Of a stretch of DNA of 64,000 nucleotides, positions 9,137 to 16,543 are shown in pieces. Source of the DNA: Candidatus Dormibacter sp. (GTDB lineage Bacteria; Chloroflexota; Dormibacteria; CF-121); assembly GCA_039922495.1 (NCBI GenBank), contig JBDTEO010000029.1, forward strand, positions 74,811-138,810, written 5' to 3'. The position numbers and the translations under genes were made by a program. Under the pieces are notes generated by a model that did not search any database, was not told the origin of the DNA, and worked only from the letters and a program-made list of their open reading frames with translations. Numbering within the stretch: the first letter of the stretch is position 1; every line of letters begins with the position of its first letter.

Positions 9137-10437
9137 AAGACCCGCGGGAGATCATCCTTCCCAGGCCGCCGGGATTCCGGACGGTCCTCGGCAACCACGA
9201 CTTTCGCCTGATCTGGTTTGCGCAGATCGCCTCGCAGCTCGGGGACAAGTTCCTGATGTTCTCCCTGCTCGTGCTGACCTACAGCATCAGCCGGGCGAAT
9301 ACGCATGGAGCCGCGCTCTTTCTCGCCTACACGTTCCCATCGGTGGTCCTCAGTCCGCTCGCCGGCGTTTATGCCGATCGCCATGACAAGAAGCGCCTGA
9401 TGTTTGCCACCAATGCGATCCGAGGGTTTCTGATTCTGCTCATCCCGATCAGCCGATTCATCCCGTATTTCGAGCACGTCACCTGGCACCTGCTCGTGAT
9501 CACCTTCCTGTTCTCCGCCGTGGGGCAGATCTTCGCGCCGGCCGAGGCCGCCTCGATCCCCTTCATCGTCGGGTCGGAGGAATTGATGACGGCGACCTCT
9601 ATGTTCACCAGTACCGTGATCGTCACGTTGCTGATTGCCGTGCCCCTTTCGACGCTCGCCATCCGGTTCCTCGGCGAAGACTCTCCCTACTGGATCGCGA
9701 CCGGGCTTTTCGTGGCCGCCGCAGCGCTGATTTACCTGGTGCGGGCGGGCCTACGTGCCCGAACGCAGCAGGGACCGAACGCGCCCGACATCCTGTACGA
9801 ATTGCGAGAAGGCCTCGCCTACATTGCGGCTCGGCCGCTGGTCCGCTTCGCCGTCGGCCAGCTCAGCCTGACCATCACCGTGATCTTCTCGGTCTTCGTG
9901 CTGGCACCGAGCTATATGAGCACCGTGCTCCACCTCCAGGTGACAGACGTCTACCTCTTCCTGGCGCCGGCAGTGATCGGCATGCTGGGCGCCGCCTTCT
10001 ATCTCGGCCAATACGGGCGCAACTATCGACGAAGCCGGCTGCTGATCGGCGGGCTCGTATCGGCCGGCATCACGCTGATGTTGATCGCGGCCGTCCCCTA
10101 CCTGCTGGAGCGGTTCGCCCCGGGACTGCTCGGCGCCTTTCCGGTCGTCTTCGGCTTCATCGGCGGCATCGAGTTCGGGATGCTGTTCATCCCCGCCTTT
10201 ACCGTGCTCCAGGAGAAGACGGAAGCTGAGATGCGCGGGCGGATCTTCGGGGCCATGTTCACCATCGTCAACGCCGCCGTCGCGATCCCGATCCTGGTCG
10301 CCGGAGGGCTGGCCGACCTGTTCGGGGTCACCCGGGTCATCTTCGGCATGGGCTTCCTTCTGTTGCTGAGTGGCGCGATCTCCGCCTTTCCAATTCGCCG
10401 CTCCAGCGACGTCCAACCGTCGGAGGGGGCCTTATAA
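9133..10437 (+). CDS. MFS transporter
   Basis: About 12 predicted hydrophobic spans. FRLIWFAQIASQLGDKF N-terminal motif. TTG 9133 forms a TTGA overlap with the rsmA stop. ATG 9073 is the alternative start. Confidence 0.75.
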   Translation: MKDPREIILPRPPGFRTVLGNHDFRLIWFAQIASQLGDKFLMFSLLVLTYSISRANTHGAALFLAYTFPSVVLSPLAGVYADRHDKKRLMFATNAIRGFLILLIPISRFIPYFEHVTWHLLVITFLFSAVGQIFAPAEAASIPFIVGSEELMTATSMFTSTVIVTLLIAVPLSTLAIRFLGEDSPYWIATGLFVAAAALIYLVRAGLRARTQQGPNAPDILYELREGLAYIAARPLVRFAVGQLSLTITVIFSVFVLAPSYMSTVLHLQVTDVYLFLAPAVIGMLGAAFYLGQYGRNYRRSRLLIGGLVSAGITLMLIAAVPYLLERFAPGLLGAFPVVFGFIGGIEFGMLFIPAFTVLQEKTEAEMRGRIFGAMFTIVNAAVAIPILVAGGLADLFGVTRVIFGMGFLLLLSGAISAFPIRRSSDVQPSEGAL

Positions 10438-10438
10438 T
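10433..10438 (+). promoter_or_regulatory. Consensus TATAAT -10 hexamer 18 nt upstream of tRNA-Val
   Basis: cttATAATcc contains TATAAT, overlapping the MFS stop codon. No good -35 element was seen. Confidence 0.3.
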
Positions 10439-10456
10439 CCGGGTTCGAAGCTCAGA

Positions 10457-10533
10457 GGGCGCATAGCTCAGTTGGTACGAGCGCTTCCATGACAAGGAAG
10501 AGGTCACAGGTTCGACTCCTGTTGCGCCCACCA
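10457..10533 (+). tRNA. tRNA-Val (anticodon GAC), 3' CCA encoded
   Basis: Cloverleaf read by hand. Acceptor GGGCGCA/TGCGCCC, D arm GCTC..GAGC, anticodon stem CTTCC/GGAAG with loop ATGACAA, T arm ACAGG-TTCGACT-CCTGT, discriminator A, then CCA. Confidence 0.9.
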
Positions 10534-10758
10534 GCCCACAACCGAATCCGGGGCGCATTCGCCGGGCAGTCGTTCCTCTTCTTCCGAAGCAGTTTGCGCT
10601 TCTGTCGCAGAAAATCGATGGAGTTGGGTCCGTTGCCCCATCAGGATGATGAAGCCGAAGAGCAAGCTCACATTAGGAAGAGCGTTCGCGGTATCGCTTG
10701 CAACGGTCTTTGGCCAAAATACCGCACGTGCCGTCCCCTCAACGGCCACACTCGGGCA

Positions 10759-11268
10759 ATGACCGATGCAGGCGCCGATTGGGAGGCAAGGGCGGCAAAG
10801 CTCTGGGCCGAGATCGACCGGTACGACGAGGACGACTTCGTCAGCCGGATGGATGCCCTGGTCGCCGAACTGCCCGCGGGCAGCCCGCTCGGGTTGTTCG
10901 AGCAAGCCTCCGCCTACGATTCGACCGGTCATCCGGATCAAGCCGTGCCTCTCTATCAGGCCGCCCTTGGCGCGGGACTGGAGGGCAGCCGCCGCCGGCA
11001 GGCCGTGATCCAGATGGCGAGCTCGGTGCGAAATCTTGGAGATCCGCAGGCTGCCGTGAAGCTTTTGACTGAGGAGGCCGACCGCACCTCCGATGATCTG
11101 GATGGCGCTGTGGCGACCTTCCTGGCCCTGGCGCTGGTCGACGTGGGTCGTGAGCGGGAGGCCGTGGCCCGGGCCCTGACGGCGATCTCGAAATACCTGC
11201 CGCGCTACAACCGCTCCGTGGCCCGCTACGCCCAGGAGCTCACCGAGCCCCGTTCCCCGGACTCCTGA
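10759..11268 (+). CDS. Tetratricopeptide-repeat protein (small, about 169 aa)
   Basis: ATG 10759 (MTDAGADWEARAAKLWAEI...). TPR-like AxxxYQAALGAGL helices. The longer ORF-track start at 10489 overlaps the tRNA gene and is rejected. Confidence 0.6.
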   Translation: MTDAGADWEARAAKLWAEIDRYDEDDFVSRMDALVAELPAGSPLGLFEQASAYDSTGHPDQAVPLYQAALGAGLEGSRRRQAVIQMASSVRNLGDPQAAVKLLTEEADRTSDDLDGAVATFLALALVDVGREREAVARALTAISKYLPRYNRSVARYAQELTEPRSPDS

Positions 11269-11403
11269 CGGCATCCGGACTGAAGCGCGTTATACATCTG
11301 ATGGGAAAGGCAACTCGCTTCCGGCGCTGGCTCGCCCAACTTCTCGATCACGTCCTCCTGCACGGCTTCCGGGGCTAGTCGGCCGAAGCACTAGCCTCTA
11401 GTC

Positions 11404-12354
11404 GTGGCAGTGCAAACGGCCCAGGTCTCGCTTCCCGAGATCGAGGCGGCGGCGGAGCGCATCCGTCCCTATATCTTGCCCACGCCGCTGCTCTCAGGGG
11501 ATGCGCTTGGATCGGACGGGCTCTGGCTGAAGGCCGAGAACCTGCAGCGGACCGGCTCCTTCAAGGTGCGGGGCGCCTTCAACGCGGTCATCCAATTAGA
11601 TGACGCGCAGCGGGCTCGTGGGGTGATCACGCTCTCCGCCGGCAACTTCGGCCAGGCGCTCGCCTTCGCCGCCCAGCGCTTTGACATCCCGTGCGTGGTG
11701 GTGATTCGCGAGGACGCCCAGAAGACCAAGCTGGAAGCGATCGAGCGCTTTGGCGCCCAGATCGTGTTGGTGCCGGTGGGGGAGTGGCAGCAACGCCTCG
11801 AGGAGGAACAGGCCCGACGTGGGCTGCATCTCGTCCACCCCTTCGACGATCCGGCCGTGATCAACGGCCAGGGCACCGTGGGCCTCGAGATCTGCGCCGC
11901 CCTGCCGGCGCTTCGCACGGTCATCGTCCCGGTCGGTGGCGGCGGGCTGATCGCTGGGGTCGCGGTGGCGATCAAAGGCCGTACGCCGGGGGTGCGGATC
12001 ATCGGAGTTGAACCGGAAGGCGCCAATGCGGTCAGCCGCAGCCTGGCCGCTGGTCGCCCAGTTGCCCTGGAACGGATCGACACGGTGGCGGACGGCCTGG
12101 CGCCGCCCTATACCCGACCGCTGAACCTTGCCCTGGTCCGCCAGTACGTCGACCAGGTCGGCACCGTGACGGACGGCGCGATCCTGGACGCGCTTCGGGC
12201 GATTGTGAGTCGTACCAAGCTGGTCGTCGAGCCGGGCGGCGCCGCCGCGATTGCCGCGCTGGACACGATCGCCGTCGAGAAGCCGGTGGTGGCCATCCTC
12301 ACCGGGGGCAACGTCGACCGAGGGCGGCTGGGCCAGTGGCTGGCCATGCCATAA
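11404..12354 (+). CDS. PLP-dependent threonine/serine dehydratase family enzyme (no ACT regulatory domain)
   Basis: GTG start. PLP-lysine motif GSFKVRGA and glycine loop VPVGGGGLIAG. Length 316 aa. Confidence 0.8.
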   Translation: MAVQTAQVSLPEIEAAAERIRPYILPTPLLSGDALGSDGLWLKAENLQRTGSFKVRGAFNAVIQLDDAQRARGVITLSAGNFGQALAFAAQRFDIPCVVVIREDAQKTKLEAIERFGAQIVLVPVGEWQQRLEEEQARRGLHLVHPFDDPAVINGQGTVGLEICAALPALRTVIVPVGGGGLIAGVAVAIKGRTPGVRIIGVEPEGANAVSRSLAAGRPVALERIDTVADGLAPPYTRPLNLALVRQYVDQVGTVTDGAILDALRAIVSRTKLVVEPGGAAAIAALDTIAVEKPVVAILTGGNVDRGRLGQWLAMP

Positions 12355-12367
12355 TTTCGCTCGACTA

Positions 12368-12805
12368 ATGGCCGACGCTGCGCGTGACCCGATCGGGACG
12401 GACTCGGTGCTGATTTTCGAGAACGATCCAAATCAGGCGCGGGACTATCGGGAACTCTTCGAGGCGGGCGGGTATCTCGTTAAGACAGCGCAGCCGACCG
12501 ACGACGTTCAGAAGCTCTGCGAGCGAGTTCCTCCACGATTGGTCTTGTTCGACATGGCCATCTGGGAATCGGATGCGGCCTACGTGTACGGCATCCTGAT
12601 CGGCGCGCAGGGCTTCGAGCGGCCGGTGATCATCGGCCTCTGCAGCCTGCCGCATCAGGTTCGCCGCGCGAAACGGTTCGGCGCCGACGGCATCTGGATC
12701 CGCGGCGTCGATGACGCGGCGGCGCTGCCGCGACTGGCCGGTGACCTGATCGAACGTCGCCGGGACGGCACGCTCAAGCCGCGAGTTCCGTCGACTCCGC
12801 TTTAA
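12368..12805 (+). CDS. Stand-alone CheY-like receiver-domain protein (degenerate acidic pocket)
   Basis: ATG 12368. LIFENDP ... LVLFDMAIW ... VIIGLCS ... GADGIWIRG follows the receiver beta-alpha pattern. No output domain. Confidence 0.45.
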   Translation: MADAARDPIGTDSVLIFENDPNQARDYRELFEAGGYLVKTAQPTDDVQKLCERVPPRLVLFDMAIWESDAAYVYGILIGAQGFERPVIIGLCSLPHQVRRAKRFGADGIWIRGVDDAAALPRLAGDLIERRRDGTLKPRVPSTPL

Positions 12806-12961
12806 GCCTTTCGTCCACTAACAAACCACTTTTATTCTTCACACCCACGGCCGTTCTGTTGGTGATGACCATAGATTTTTCCCCAAGTAATCCTCCTGAA
12901 ATTTTTGATGTGTGGATAAGCGATACCGAAGCTTGACACCCTCGGAGCGGAGAGGATAATC

Positions 12962-13315
12962 ATGGAACGCGCCGGGGGGATCGGTATCGGCAGGTACCGC
13001 ATCAAGGGAATTGGGGATAGGGAGGTCGCTCACGGTTTGAAACAAACCGCTCCGCTGAAGGTTTGCGCTCGTCCGGGTTGTGAGGCGTTGGTGAAGAAGA
13101 CGACGGCGAAATATTGCAGCATTGGCTGCTGCGCCGCTGACCCCAACCGCCAGGAACGGCTCAGACGGCAAGCCCGCAGAGCCCCGATCCTGCCCCTGGC
13201 GCACCAACTATCCATCATCTTCCAGGTGCATTCGGACATCGAGGCGTCCCTCGATGACCGGGTCATGAGTCGCGAGGACGTCCCGGCCGGCCTCCAGCGA
13301 CTGCGCGCCGTCTAG
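12962..13315 (+). CDS. Hypothetical small zinc-ribbon protein (CxxxxC...YCSxxCC)
   Basis: ATG is preceded by GGAGCGGAGAGG. Motif CARPGCEALVKKTTAKYCSIGCC resembles YacG/DUF2116-type FCS zinc ribbons. Lower GC3 and rare codons (AGA, AGG, CTA). Coding status is uncertain. Confidence 0.35.
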   Translation: MERAGGIGIGRYRIKGIGDREVAHGLKQTAPLKVCARPGCEALVKKTTAKYCSIGCCAADPNRQERLRRQARRAPILPLAHQLSIIFQVHSDIEASLDDRVMSREDVPAGLQRLRAV

Positions 13316-13388
13316 CGCTGGGGTGACGTGCCGTCCGGCCCCGGGGGCCGTCGCGATCGCGAGCGCTCCGTAGAATGTCCTGACTCAA

Positions 13389-15122
13389 ATGAGTGATGAG
13401 CTAGAGACGCTTCGCCATTCCACGGCGCACGTCATGGCGGCGGCCGTTCTGGATCTCTTTCCTGGCACCGAGATCGGGATCGGGCCGGCGACGGATGAAG
13501 GCTTCTACTACGATTTCGCCTTCAAAGAGCCGCTGCTGCCCGAGCAGCTGCCCAAGATCGAGGCTCGGATGCGAGAAATCGTCAAGGCCGCGTCGCCCTT
13601 CATCAAAGAAGAGATGCCGCGCGATTCCGCCGTGAAACTCTTTGCCGACGCCTACCAGCCGCTCAAGCTCGAGCTGATCGCCGACAAGGTGACGGACGAC
13701 GTGGCCCGGGTCTACCGAACCGGCGACTTCGTCGACCTCTGCCTCGGCCCACATGTTGCCGACACGGGCAAGCTGGGTGCCTTCAGATTGCTCTCCATCG
13801 CCGGCGCCTACTGGAAGGGCAGCGAGAAGAACCGCATGCTCACGCGGATCTATGGGACGGCATTCCCAACCCAGGCTGAGCTGGAGGCCCACCTGGCTCG
13901 GCTCGAAGAAGCGGCCAAGCGGGACCACCGAAAGCTGGGGAAAGAGCTCGACCTGTTCATGATCGACGAACTGGTCGGCCGTGGGCTGCCGATGCTGACC
14001 CCCAAGGGGGCGGCCATCCGCCGGCAGATGGAGGACTACATCCTCCGGCTCGAGCGGCGACGAGGCTACTCGCACGTCCACACCCCGGACATCGCTCGGC
14101 TCGACCTCTTCAAAGTCAGCGGGCACCTGGAGCGCTACCGGGAATCGATGTATGCCCCCTCCGAGATGGAGGACGAGCAGTGGCAGCTGCGACCGATGAA
14201 CTGTCCGCACCACATTCGCCTGTTTCAGCGCCACGCGCACAGCTTCCGCGATCTCCCGGTGCGCCTGGCTGAGCTGGGCACGGTCTACCGCTACGAGAAG
14301 TCCGGCGAAGTGTCGGGGCTGATCCGGGTCCGGTCCTTCACCATCAATGATGCCCATATCTTTTGCCGACCCGACCAGCTCGACGAGGAGTTTGAGCGTG
14401 TCGTGCAGCTCATCCTCGAGGTCTACCGTGCCTTCGGTATCACCGACTTTCATTTCCGGCTGTCGCTCCGGGACGACGCCAGCCAGAAGTGGATGGGGGA
14501 CCCGGCCATTTGGGAGAAGGCGCAGGATGCGGCCCGGCGCGCGCTCAAGGCGGCCGGCCATCCTTTCACCGAGGCGCCGGGTGAGGCCGCCTTCTACGGG
14601 CCCAAGCTCGACGTCCAGATCAAGGACGCGATCGGGCGCGAGTTCAGCCTCTCGACCAACCAGATCGACTTCCTGCTGCCGGAGCGCTTTGGGCTCGAGT
14701 ACGTAACCTCGGAGCAATCCATGGAGCGCCCGGTGATGCTCCACCGCGCGCCGATCGGTTCCATGGAGCGGTTCATGGCGTATCTGATCGAGCACTACGG
14801 GGGAGCCTTCCCGGTCTGGTTAGCCCCGGTCCAGCTGACCTTCATCCCGATCGCCGACCGCCATGTCGAGGCCGTCTCGAAGTTGGCGGAGCGCTTCCGC
14901 GACCGCGATCTCCGGGTGGAGGTCGATGGACGGGCGGAGCGGATGCAGGCGAAGATCCGCCAGGCGCAACTCGGAAAGGTCCCCTACATGGCCGTCGTCG
15001 GTGACAAGGAGCTCGAGGCCGGCACGCTCAACATCCGGCGCCGCGAAGGCGGCGACCAGGTGTCAGTTGCCATGGACCAGTTCCTTCGCCAGCTGGAGGA
15101 CGAGGCGCGGCTCCCCCTGTAA
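13389..15122 (+). CDS. thrS: Threonine--tRNA ligase (lacks the N-terminal TGS domain)
   Basis: Starts in the editing (second additional) domain: HSTAHVM and CLGPH. Class II catalytic core and C-terminal anticodon-binding domain follow. Length 577 aa. Confidence 0.92.
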   Translation: MSDELETLRHSTAHVMAAAVLDLFPGTEIGIGPATDEGFYYDFAFKEPLLPEQLPKIEARMREIVKAASPFIKEEMPRDSAVKLFADAYQPLKLELIADKVTDDVARVYRTGDFVDLCLGPHVADTGKLGAFRLLSIAGAYWKGSEKNRMLTRIYGTAFPTQAELEAHLARLEEAAKRDHRKLGKELDLFMIDELVGRGLPMLTPKGAAIRRQMEDYILRLERRRGYSHVHTPDIARLDLFKVSGHLERYRESMYAPSEMEDEQWQLRPMNCPHHIRLFQRHAHSFRDLPVRLAELGTVYRYEKSGEVSGLIRVRSFTINDAHIFCRPDQLDEEFERVVQLILEVYRAFGITDFHFRLSLRDDASQKWMGDPAIWEKAQDAARRALKAAGHPFTEAPGEAAFYGPKLDVQIKDAIGREFSLSTNQIDFLLPERFGLEYVTSEQSMERPVMLHRAPIGSMERFMAYLIEHYGGAFPVWLAPVQLTFIPIADRHVEAVSKLAERFRDRDLRVEVDGRAERMQAKIRQAQLGKVPYMAVVGDKELEAGTLNIRRREGGDQVSVAMDQFLRQLEDEARLPL

Positions 15123-15147
15123 ATCGAGTTCGGGATTCGAGAGGGCG

Positions 15148-15156
15148 TGATATACT
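15148..15156 (+). promoter_or_regulatory. Extended -10 promoter element TGaTATACT upstream of the infC-rpmI-rplT operon
   Basis: gTGATATACTcc lies 26 nt after the thrS stop. The same TATACT hexamer recurs before several operons in this window. Confidence 0.4.
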
Positions 15157-15221
15157 CCCGCATGCCAAGAGAGGCTGTCCAACTCTCACCTCCAGGCCGG
15201 GCCGACGAGGTCAAGGGACAG

Positions 15222-15250
15222 AAGATAGCCTCGGCTATCTTTTTTTGTTT
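15222..15250 (+). terminator. Rho-independent hairpin plus U-tract; thrS terminator and/or attenuator in the infC leader
   Basis: AAGATAGCC-tc-GGCTATCTT inverted repeat, followed by TTTTTTGTTT. It lies between the TATACT box and the infC SD. Confidence 0.65.
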
Positions 15251-15266
15251 CAAGGAGGTTTGATCC

Positions 15267-15824
15267 ACGGCATTTAGGGAACTTCGGATCAACGACCAGA
15301 TCCGCGCAAACGAAGTGCGTGTCATCGACGATCGGAACGAGCAGATGGGGGTCATGACCACCGACCGCGCGAAGGCGTTGGCGGTCGAGCGGGAGATGGA
15401 TCTCGTGGAAGTGGCTCCCCAGGCGCAGCCGCCCGTGGCGCGGATCATGGACTACGGGAAATTCAAATTCGAGAGCTTAAAGAAAGACAAGGATGGACGC
15501 CGCAAACACAATGTCATCAAGGTCAAGGAGATGAAGCTCCGGCCGAAGATCGGCGAGCATGACTTCCAGACGAAGTTTCATGCCGTCAAGTCGTTCCTTG
15601 AAGAGGGCGACAAGGTCAAGCTGACGATCATGTTCCGGGGACGCGAGATGGTCCACCAGGACATCGGCAAAAAGCTGCTCGACCGGATGGCATTGGAGCT
15701 CAAGACCATCAGTACGGTCGAACGGATGCCCCTGCTCGAAGGTAAGAACATGATCATGATCCTGGCGCCGGCGGCCGCCGCCACCGCGCCCGCGCCCGCC
15801 CCCGCGCCGGCGCAGAAGTCGTAA
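15267..15824 (+). CDS. infC: Translation initiation factor IF-3 (non-canonical start codon)
   Basis: The conserved ELRINDQIRANEVRVID is encoded upstream of the first canonical start (GTG 15315). In-frame TGA at 15261. SD AAGGAGGT at 15252-15259. Candidate starts are ACG 15267 (7-nt spacing) or ATC 15288. Confidence 0.85.
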   Translation, partial: TAFRELRINDQIRANEVRVIDDRNEQMGVMTTDRAKALAVEREMDLVEVAPQAQPPVARIMDYGKFKFESLKKDKDGRRKHNVIKVKEMKLRPKIGEHDFQTKFHAVKSFLEEGDKVKLTIMFRGREMVHQDIGKKLLDRMALELKTISTVERMPLLEGKNMIMILAPAAAATAPAPAPAPAQKS

Positions 15825-15835
15825 AGGAGTTCGTT

Positions 15836-16042
15836 ATGCCCAAAATTCGTACCCACCGCGCCTCCGCCAAGCGGTTTCGGATCACCGCAACCGGCAAGGT
15901 GGTGCGCCAGCACGCGCAAAAGAGCCACCTGCTCGGCCACAAAAGCGCCCGGCGGAAGCGCCAGTACAGCAAGTTGCTGCTCCTGACCGGCAAGGACGCG
16001 CGCCGGCTGCGCCGCTCGGCGCCCTATCTGGAGGGAAAGTGA
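15836..16042 (+). CDS. rpmI: 50S ribosomal protein L35
   Basis: [22 protein letters not shown].... AAGGAG SD upstream. Confidence 0.95.
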   Translation: MPKIRTHRASAKRFRITATGKVVRQHAQKSHLLGHKSARRKRQYSKLLLLTGKDARRLRRSAPYLEGK

Positions 16043-16043
16043 G

Positions 16044-16409
16044 ATGCCCCGAGTAAAGCGCGGCGTCGCGGCCCACAAGCGCCACAAGAAGCTTCTGGCG
16101 CTCGCCAAGGGCTTCCGGATGACGCATCGGACGCTCTTTAGGCCGGCCAATGAGGCCGTCCTGCATGCGCTCGAGTATGCCTACCGTGACCGGCGGGCCC
16201 GCAAGCGCGACATGCGGAAGCTCTGGATCGCCCGGATCAACGCCGCGACCCGCAGCCAGGGCGTGCCCTACAACCAGTTCATGCATGGCCTGAAGTCAGC
16301 CGGCGTCGACATCAACCGCAAGATGCTGGCCGAGCTCGCGGTTCGCGACGCGGCTTCCTTCAGCCAGCTGGTTGAAATCTCCAAGCCTCCAACGAAGGCC
16401 GAACATTGA
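16044..16409 (+). CDS. rplT: 50S ribosomal protein L20
   Basis: [18 protein letters not shown]...YAYRDRR.... Confidence 0.95.
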   Translation: MPRVKRGVAAHKRHKKLLALAKGFRMTHRTLFRPANEAVLHALEYAYRDRRARKRDMRKLWIARINAATRSQGVPYNQFMHGLKSAGVDINRKMLAELAVRDAASFSQLVEISKPPTKAEH

Positions 16410-16543
16410 CGCCCACGATGACTGCGACCCTGCGGTCCGCGTTTATCGGGCCGGCGCGGAGCCGGCTCGGGTTGCGCTAGCGCCGCTCAACCAGGTCCGC
16501 CCGCCCGCCGGCTCGCCCCCTTCGATCGGCAATCTGGCGCGCC

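Noticed and set aside
10489-10758. The 5' extension of the TPR-protein ORF (ORF-track start 10489), and the idea that the 225-bp lower-GC spacer after tRNA-Val is an integration scar.
   Set aside because: The extension overlaps the tRNA-Val gene and is not protein-like, and homologous TPR proteins begin near MTDAGADW. I see no integrase, no direct repeat of the tRNA 3' end, and no foreign gene block, so nothing supports a mobile-element call.
12993-13000. GGTACCGC, identical to the core of the T-box motif (GGUGGUACCGCG). Together with GAA-ACA-A/ACC near 13038-13048, it could be read as a Thr specifier upstream of thrS.
   Set aside because: An 8-mer match is expected by chance about twice in 64 kb on two strands. 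The element lies about 390 nt from the thrS start. No terminator/antiterminator pair follows it, no AGAGA or distal-loop motifs were found, and thrS has its own -10 box at 13371. A T-box is not supported.
12839-13207. A 122-aa minus-strand ORF overlapping the zinc-ribbon ORF.
   Set aside because: It has no motif and no SD, it runs into the AT-rich spacer, and its composition looks like antisense read-through. The plus-strand ORF at least has a Cys-motif and an SD.
16449-16475. A GC-rich hairpin CGGGCCGGC-gcgga-GCCGGCTCG after rplT, and a check of the 134-nt pheS leader for a T-box.
   Set aside because: There is no U-tract, so it is not a confident intrinsic terminator. The leader is too short for a T-box and lacks the GGTGGTACCGCG element.
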